Below, in pieces: positions 28,130-33,653 of a DNA stretch of 33,653 nucleotides. Positions within the stretch are counted from its first letter, which is position 1; each line of letters opens with the position of its first letter. The notes beneath the pieces are model-generated. The model made no database searches. It was not told the DNA's origin and was given only the letters and a program-made list of their open reading frames with translations. Both the position numbers and the translations under genes were made by a program. Location of the stretch: NCBI GenBank assembly GCA_014859225.1, contig JACUUP010000003.1, forward strand, positions 1 through 33,653. The letters are read 5' to 3'. The DNA is from Candidatus Aerophobota bacterium. GTDB lineage: Bacteria > Aerophobota > Aerophobia > Aerophobales > B3-G15.

Positions 28130-29119
28130 ATGCAGGCAATAGAGATTAATAATCTAACCAGGGAATTTAATGGGCTTAAGGCGGTAGATGATATCTCTTT
28201 TTTTGTTAAAGAGGGGGAGATATTTGGGATGCTGGGACCAAATGGAGCAGGAAAAACTACTACCATCAGGATTTTATCTACCACCCTGAGGGCAACCAGG
28301 GGAGAAGCTAAAGTCTGGGGATACGATGTGTCCAGAAAGCCTGATGATGTAAGAAGAACAATCGGGATTGTATTTCAGGACCAGGCTCTTGATGATAGAT
28401 TAACCGCAGAGGAGAATCTTGATTTTCATGCCCGCCTTTATGGCATGAAGAAAAGTTTGAGAAAAGAGAGAATAAAACAGGTGCTTAATCTTGTTGAGCT
28501 CTGGGATAAGCGAAATACGTTGGTCAAATATTACTCAGGAGGGATGTGTAGAAGACTTGAGATAGCAAGGGGCTTGATGCACTATCCCAGGGTGCTTTTT
28601 CTGGATGAACCAACGCTTGGACTGGATGCACAGACAAGACACAGGATATGGGAACATATTAAGCTTTTGAACAAGAGAGAAAAAATTGCCATTTTGCTAA
28701 CCACCCACTATATGGATGAAGCTGATACTCTTTGTGATAGGGTGGGGATAATAGATAAGGGGAAGATGCTCATCATAGACAAGCCACAGAACCTTAAAAA
28801 TCGTGTGGGCAAAGATATAATTTCTATGAGGGTATCTTCATCCAAGAAGATGGTAAAGCTGGTGTCAAATTTTGAGTGGATAAGCAGTGTCCGCATATAC
28901 AATGAACTTCTTTATCTTGTGGTAACAAGGGCAGATAAGAGAATACCATTTTTAGTTACCCTGGCGCAGGAGAACGCTCTCAAGGTCCACCGGATAGACC
29001 TGCGAAGACCTACCCTGGAAGATGTATTCTTGCATTTTACCGGCAGGACAATCAGGGAAGAGGAGGGCTCCTCACGCCAGAGAATAAGTGCTAAAATAAG
29101 GTCCTGGAGGAGAAAATGA
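28130..29119 (+). CDS. ABC-2 exporter ATP-binding subunit (DrrA-like)
   Basis: Walker A GPNGAGKTT, signature YSGGM, LFLDEPTLGLD, TTHYMDEAD, C-terminal PTLEDVFLHFTGR. Confidence 0.93.
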   Translation: MQAIEINNLTREFNGLKAVDDISFFVKEGEIFGMLGPNGAGKTTTIRILSTTLRATRGEAKVWGYDVSRKPDDVRRTIGIVFQDQALDDRLTAEENLDFHARLYGMKKSLRKERIKQVLNLVELWDKRNTLVKYYSGGMCRRLEIARGLMHYPRVLFLDEPTLGLDAQTRHRIWEHIKLLNKREKIAILLTTHYMDEADTLCDRVGIIDKGKMLIIDKPQNLKNRVGKDIISMRVSSSKKMVKLVSNFEWISSVRIYNELLYLVVTRADKRIPFLVTLAQENALKVHRIDLRRPTLEDVFLHFTGRTIREEEGSSRQRISAKIRSWRRK

Positions 29120-29889
29120 GGGGCATATCCATTCAGGCTATTTATGTTCTCTGGTTGAGGGAGCTTAAAACCTTCTTTAGAGCAAGGTCAAGAATTATAG
29201 GAAATGTTGCTCAGCCCTTTTTCTTCCTGGCTGTTCTTGGAGTGGGATTTCGCTCTTCCATGAGGTTTACCATACCCGAGATGGAAGGGCTTGATTATCT
29301 ACAGTTTCTAATACCAGGACTTGTGGGGATGACTCTTTTATTCTCGTCAATGTTTGCTGGTCTTTCTGTCCTCTGGGACCGCCAGTTTGGTTTCTTGAGG
29401 GAAATAATGGTTGCCCCTGTATCCAGGTTATCTTTAGTTCTGGGTAGAATTGCAGGCGGGATGACCACTACAATTCTTCAGGCTCTTAGCATTTTACTTG
29501 TTGCTCATCTTTTCGGCTTCCGCCTGAAAGGCCCTTTAGAGTTTCTTCTTTCTGTAATTCTTATGATAATTATAGGAGTTGGATTTGTCGGTATGGGGGT
29601 AGCTTTTGCCTCCAAAATGGAGGACATGCACGGTTTTCAAATAGTGATGAATTTCATTATTATGCCCATCTTTTTCCTGTCAGGTGCTCTTTTCCCGCTG
29701 CAAGGTTTGCCTTCCTGGCTTGGATTTTTAACTTACATAAATCCTCTTACCTATGGTGTTGATGCACTGCGAGGTATCATGCTGGACGTATCACATTTTC
29801 CTTTAATTGTAGATTTTGCCGTTTTGATAAGTTTTTCTTTATCAATGCTTATTATTGGTGCTTATCTTTTTTCCCGCTGCGAGGTTTAA
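29116..29889 (+). CDS. ABC-2 exporter permease (DrrB-like)
   Basis: DRQFGFLREIMVAP, FFLSGALFP, NPLTYGVDALR; ATGA overlap with the ATPase gene. Confidence 0.92.
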   Translation: MRGISIQAIYVLWLRELKTFFRARSRIIGNVAQPFFFLAVLGVGFRSSMRFTIPEMEGLDYLQFLIPGLVGMTLLFSSMFAGLSVLWDRQFGFLREIMVAPVSRLSLVLGRIAGGMTTTILQALSILLVAHLFGFRLKGPLEFLLSVILMIIIGVGFVGMGVAFASKMEDMHGFQIVMNFIIMPIFFLSGALFPLQGLPSWLGFLTYINPLTYGVDALRGIMLDVSHFPLIVDFAVLISFSLSMLIIGAYLFSRCEV

Positions 29890-29903
29890 TAAGAGCATAA
29901 CAT

Positions 29904-29922
29904 GACAGGCGTCTCGCCTGTC
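29904..29922 (+). repeat. REP-like palindrome, copy 3
   Basis: GACAGGC-GTCTC-GCCTGTC just after the permease stop, between convergent genes. Confidence 0.7.
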
Positions 29923-30039
29923 TCATTTGCTATTTAGCTAAAGATTTAAATAGTGCAAGAAATAAAACTGGCAGCTTTTAAGCATCTTAAAAGGAAAAAA
30001 TTATCTTCTCTGCGCATCTTTATAACGCTTTCATAGTTT

Positions 30040-30522
30040 CTAAAGACCAAAATCCTCAGGTTTTAAGTTCTGCAGTTTTTTCTTGAAATCTTCTATCTCT
30101 TCGTCGCCAATGGGGCTTGAACCAATGGCTACTTTATCAAGTACCGCTTCGTCTATGAAGATAGGGATGTTAAGTCTTAAAGCAATAGCTATAGCATCGC
30201 TTGGACGAGAATCAATCTGGATATTCTCACTGTTTTGCCGGAGCATGATTTTAGCGTAAAAGGTGTTGTGCTTGAGGTCATTTATCACCACCCTATCTGC
30301 CTTACCTTTGAGCTTTTCAATAAGAGATTTAGCCAAATCGTGTGTAAGAGGTCGCGGGGGTTTAATATTTTCCATTGCCAGGGCAATTGATTGAGCCTCA
30401 AAAAGTCCAATCCAGATGGGAAGCGTTTTATCCCCTCCTTTCTCCTTGAGGACAACTACGGGCATTTTGGATTTTACATCTATAGCCACATTAACAACAT
30501 TTACCTCTACCAAGTTACTCAC
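30040..30522 (-). CDS. Bifunctional nuclease family protein (DUF151)
   Basis: LPIWIGLFEAQSIA, PRPLTHDL, TFYA, IDSRPSDAIAIA; AAGGAG RBS region. Confidence 0.92.
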   Translation of the reverse strand: MSNLVEVNVVNVAIDVKSKMPVVVLKEKGGDKTLPIWIGLFEAQSIALAMENIKPPRPLTHDLAKSLIEKLKGKADRVVINDLKHNTFYAKIMLRQNSENIQIDSRPSDAIAIALRLNIPIFIDEAVLDKVAIGSSPIGDEEIEDFKKKLQNLKPEDFGL

Positions 30523-30537
30523 CTCCTTAGAATTTTT

Positions 30538-31761
30538 TTATGAACCTACCATGTGCCCACACCCCATGAGGTCCATCGTTATTCGGTGCAGACTTACTCC
30601 ATTAAGATGCCCCAGACATCCACAGGCTGCAGATACCTCATCAAAACATCTGGCTTTGTCCCTTCTTACTCCATCCCCATAAATTAATACAGGAGCAGGG
30701 TCTGCGCTGTGCCTTTTTATACTTACAGGGGTGGAATGGTCGGCTGTAAGGATAAGCCAGGCATCTTTATCTTTCAACAAACTTACCAGCCTGTCCACCT
30801 TTTCAATCATAAAAAGTTTTTCCTTCAGGTTGCCGTCGTGGCTTGCATTATCAGTACCTTTTACGTGAATAAAAATAAAGTCATATTGCCCAAGCGCCTC
30901 TATTGCCGCCTTTGCTTTTGCCTCTATATTGGTATCAACTCTTCCCGTTGCTCCCTCCACTTTTAAGATGTCCATCCCCACATAGCGGGCTACACCTTTA
31001 TAAAGTGCTGAGCCAGCAATACAACAGGAAGTTATCCCATAGCGCTCTTTGTAAGATTCAACCTTTTGATAGATTCCTGCTCCTCTGGTTATGAGAATGT
31101 TAGCGGGCAATTTTCCCTGTTTTTCTCTTTCTTTGTTTAAGGTATGAAAGCCAAGAATCTCTAAGCTTTTTTTAACAAATTTATTTACAATAGTAGCTGT
31201 TCTTTTTGCCTCTGGACTGTCGTCTAATGGTTTTGATTCTAAAGGTGGTTTTTTTTCTGCAGAATGTGGGTCGGTATCAGAAATAGCGGGCGAAAGTCCA
31301 CCTCCCCTTAGAAGCAAAACTCCTCTGTGTTCTGTAGATGGGACAAATTTTACCTGAATTCCATCTATTGTAAGATTTTGCAGGGATGAGGCTAAGACGC
31401 AGCCCTCATCTTTAAGTCTTCCCGCTCTTCTATCAATTATTTGAAATTTATCATTTACCGTGGCAAAATTACACCTGAAGGCAACATCTCCTTCCTCCAG
31501 GTCAAGACCAACTCCCAGAGCTTCAAATGGGCCCCTCCCTTTATAATATATATCAGGGTCATAACCAAAAAGAGCAAGGTGAGCTGTGTCACTTCCCGGT
31601 ATTATCCCAGGTCCAAGAGTGCTCATAAGACCGGTGCTGCCCCTTGCAGCAAGGTCGTCAAGGAAAGGTTTTCTGGCAAGCTGAAGTGGGGTCATGCCAT
31701 TTTTTACTGTCCTGTCTCCCATCCCGTCCACAACTATGAAAAATGCTTTTTTTTCTACCAT
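30538..31761 (-). CDS. apgM: 2,3-bisphosphoglycerate-independent phosphoglycerate mutase, ApgM type
   Basis: [74 protein letters not shown]. Start set at ATG 31761. Confidence 0.93.
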   Translation of the reverse strand: MVEKKAFFIVVDGMGDRTVKNGMTPLQLARKPFLDDLAARGSTGLMSTLGPGIIPGSDTAHLALFGYDPDIYYKGRGPFEALGVGLDLEEGDVAFRCNFATVNDKFQIIDRRAGRLKDEGCVLASSLQNLTIDGIQVKFVPSTEHRGVLLLRGGGLSPAISDTDPHSAEKKPPLESKPLDDSPEAKRTATIVNKFVKKSLEILGFHTLNKEREKQGKLPANILITRGAGIYQKVESYKERYGITSCCIAGSALYKGVARYVGMDILKVEGATGRVDTNIEAKAKAAIEALGQYDFIFIHVKGTDNASHDGNLKEKLFMIEKVDRLVSLLKDKDAWLILTADHSTPVSIKRHSADPAPVLIYGDGVRRDKARCFDEVSAACGCLGHLNGVSLHRITMDLMGCGHMVGS

Positions 31762-31781
31762 TAGCTTGCCCCACTGGTTAT

Positions 31782-31809
31782 AGGATATTAAATATAGATG
31801 AGTTGTCAA
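31782..31809 (-). promoter_or_regulatory. Promoter of apgM
   Basis: Minus strand TTGACA (31809-31804), 16 nt, TATCCT (31787-31782). Confidence 0.6.
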
Positions 31810-31910
31810 GAAGATGCATCTGGGATGTCAATTAAAATTAGCTATCTTGACCCTGATTTGATTATGTAGTATAAATAAAAAGGACAGGTAAAAAAGCGGG
31901 GGAGGTGAAC

Positions 31911-32312
31911 ATGTTTCAAGTTGTATTAATTATTGCTGTTTTAGTGATTTTTTTCCTGTATCTTAGAGCAAGGGAAGAAATCAAAGTTAAAAAACCTCGG
32001 GATGAACTTGGACTTCGTTGCGATTTTTATCATGAGCAGGTCAGAAATTTCCTGCAGGGGCTCAGATACTCAAGGAGCAAGGTAAGAATAACCAGGTTAG
32101 AGAGCGAAATAGAAAGATTCCAGAAGGTTATGGACCTGGATGAGCTTTTAGAAAAAGCAGAAAAAGAAAGCAATCCTCGTAAAGCCATTGATTATTATCT
32201 GGAGGCACTTTCCTATATGATGAAGAATAATTTTGAAAAAGAGCGCAAGGCTGATATAGAAGAAAAAATAAAAAGTTTGCAGCAAACAGGTGGAAAACAA
32301 GTTTTGCGCTAA
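31911..32312 (+). CDS. Hypothetical protein with N-terminal membrane anchor
   Basis: GGAGGTG RBS before ATG 31911; one hydrophobic helix followed by a charged helical domain. Confidence 0.75.
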   Translation: MFQVVLIIAVLVIFFLYLRAREEIKVKKPRDELGLRCDFYHEQVRNFLQGLRYSRSKVRITRLESEIERFQKVMDLDELLEKAEKESNPRKAIDYYLEALSYMMKNNFEKERKADIEEKIKSLQQTGGKQVLR

Positions 32313-32361
32313 TAAGTTAATGTTGTTTTGATGACTTAAGAAATTTTCAACTCCCAGGTGT

Positions 32362-33228
32362 TTACGTATTCCTCCAAACCTTCGTGGCAACTGCTTTGAG
32401 ATTTCCTAACCCACGTATTGCGAGCTCTTCCCCAGAGTCTGCAAATTTTCTCCATATAGCGCACAGTCGGTTTAGCTCCTCAAATTTTGGATCAAAAGAT
32501 TCCAGAACGAGTGGGGCAGTATAGCCAATGTCTTTCAGTGCTTTGAATAACTCTTTCCATGGCACAAGACCAGTGCCGGGTATCCCTCTGTTATTCTCAC
32601 CCAGATGGACGTAACCAAGGTATTCTTTTCCGCACGTTTTAACAGCTTCCTTGAAACTCGTTTCCTCTCTTATCATATGGAAAGTATCCAGATGAACCTT
32701 TACATTTCCTGTATCAACGTCCTTGCAGTACATAACAGCATCTTCTGCAATATTGAGAAAGTGTGTCTCAAAGCGATTTACTGGTTCTACTGCAATCACA
32801 AGGTCAGTTTTATCTTTTGCGTATTGGGCGACCTTTCGCATACAACTCACTGACCATTCCCATTCTTGTTCGGTGCGTGGTTTCCCCGTAAGATATCCCC
32901 ATGCTGCGTAGTTGACCCCTCCAAGAATCTTTGAGTCAAGTTCTATATTTATGTCCACCAAACGTTTCAGCGACTCAACTCCATTAGCCCGTATTTTGGG
33001 GTCGGGAGATATTATGTTGGTTTTTTCGTTCAACGTTGTCGTTGTGACAATCTCTATTCCAGTATCACGCGCCTTTTCTCTAACTGCCCTCGTGGGGAAA
33101 GTTTCGGGGTGTGCTATGGCTATGTCAAGAACCTCAAAGCCCAGTTCCTTCGCCTTAGCAATAATCCAGAGGTCTTTTTCTGAAAAGTGTTCGGACCATA
33201 TGAATGAATCAACGCCAAACTTGAACAT
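32362..33228 (-). CDS. Sugar epimerase, D-psicose/D-tagatose/L-ribulose 3-epimerase family
   Basis: Metal/catalytic motifs EPVNRFE, HLDTFHM, VHLGENNRGIPGTG, LESF; AAGGAG RBS before ATG 33228. Confidence 0.88.
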   Translation of the reverse strand: MFKFGVDSFIWSEHFSEKDLWIIAKAKELGFEVLDIAIAHPETFPTRAVREKARDTGIEIVTTTTLNEKTNIISPDPKIRANGVESLKRLVDINIELDSKILGGVNYAAWGYLTGKPRTEQEWEWSVSCMRKVAQYAKDKTDLVIAVEPVNRFETHFLNIAEDAVMYCKDVDTGNVKVHLDTFHMIREETSFKEAVKTCGKEYLGYVHLGENNRGIPGTGLVPWKELFKALKDIGYTAPLVLESFDPKFEELNRLCAIWRKFADSGEELAIRGLGNLKAVATKVWRNT

Positions 33229-33483
33229 TGTGAAAATCTCCTTTTTGGACATATTTTTAATAAACAAAGTTTTTTGATAGGTTAGTGGCTCCCTTTTACA
33301 TAATCCTAACTGTTATTGTTGATTTGTGCTAAAAATGGAAGCACGATATATCCTGCAATAAGTAAGAATATCATAACTGGAGAAAAAGTCCAGTTCACGC
33401 CTTGACGTGTCAACCAAAATGGGAAAAATGTTGACTTTTGGTAAAAAATAATATATTTATTAGTATGTTATACTACAAAATTT

Positions 33484-33557
33484 GCGCTTGTAGCTCAGAT
33501 GGATAGAGCGTCGGATTGCGGATCCGGAGATCGGGGGTTCGAGTCCCTCCAAGCGCA
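33484..33557 (+). tRNA. tRNA-Arg(GCG)
   Basis: GCGCTTG/CAAGCGC acceptor stem, GCTC/GAGC D stem, anticodon arm TCGGA-TTGCGGA-TCCGG, T arm GGGGG-TTCGAGT-CCCTC; followed by CCT, so CCA is not fully encoded. Confidence 0.93.
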
Positions 33558-33598
33558 CCTTAAAAGGTGCGGCTACATTTTGTAGGATTTACACACAT

Positions 33599-33623
33599 CG
33601 TAGGACAGGCGTCTCGGTGTGCC
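33599..33623 (+). repeat. REP-like element, copy 4 (right arm degenerate)
   Basis: CGTAGGACAGGCGTCTCG shares 15 nt with copy 1 and 13 nt with copy 3. Confidence 0.65.
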
Positions 33624-33653
33624 AAGAAGTCTTTCTAATCAAGCAGGTGAAAG

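Overview
AT-rich bacterial chromosomal window, densely coding and mostly housekeeping; no prophage, IS transposase or CRISPR array seen. In order: 5' part of gatA; a HAD hydrolase; a CUT1 sugar ABC transporter (binding protein + 2 permeases); bioY; an EF-G2-type paralog; an acd(NDP-forming acyl-CoA synthetase)-rpmF-plsX-fabH run; a TetR - radical SAM - radical SAM/SPASM - small membrane protein - tandem Nudix - coaD run; tmk-holB; comEA-like gene, leuS, tRNA-Thr(CGT); a hypothetical gene; divergent gshB/gshA; argC-argJ; an ABC-2 exporter; DUF151 nuclease; apgM; a hypothetical membrane protein; a ketose 3-epimerase; tRNA-Arg(GCG). Best leads: (i) the TetR-headed double radical SAM unit with an 18-bp palindromic operator, coupled to coaD and upstream of lipid genes; (ii) about ten sigma70-like promoters that all have a 16-nt rather than 17-nt spacer; (iii) a consensus promoter firing into an intrinsic terminator ahead of acd-rpmF-plsX-fabH; (iv) a dispersed GTAG-type REP-like palindrome family; (v) complete glutathione synthesis and a GCG-anticodon tRNA-Arg. 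Taxonomy cannot be established from the sequence alone; all functional calls are by motif recognition, not database search.
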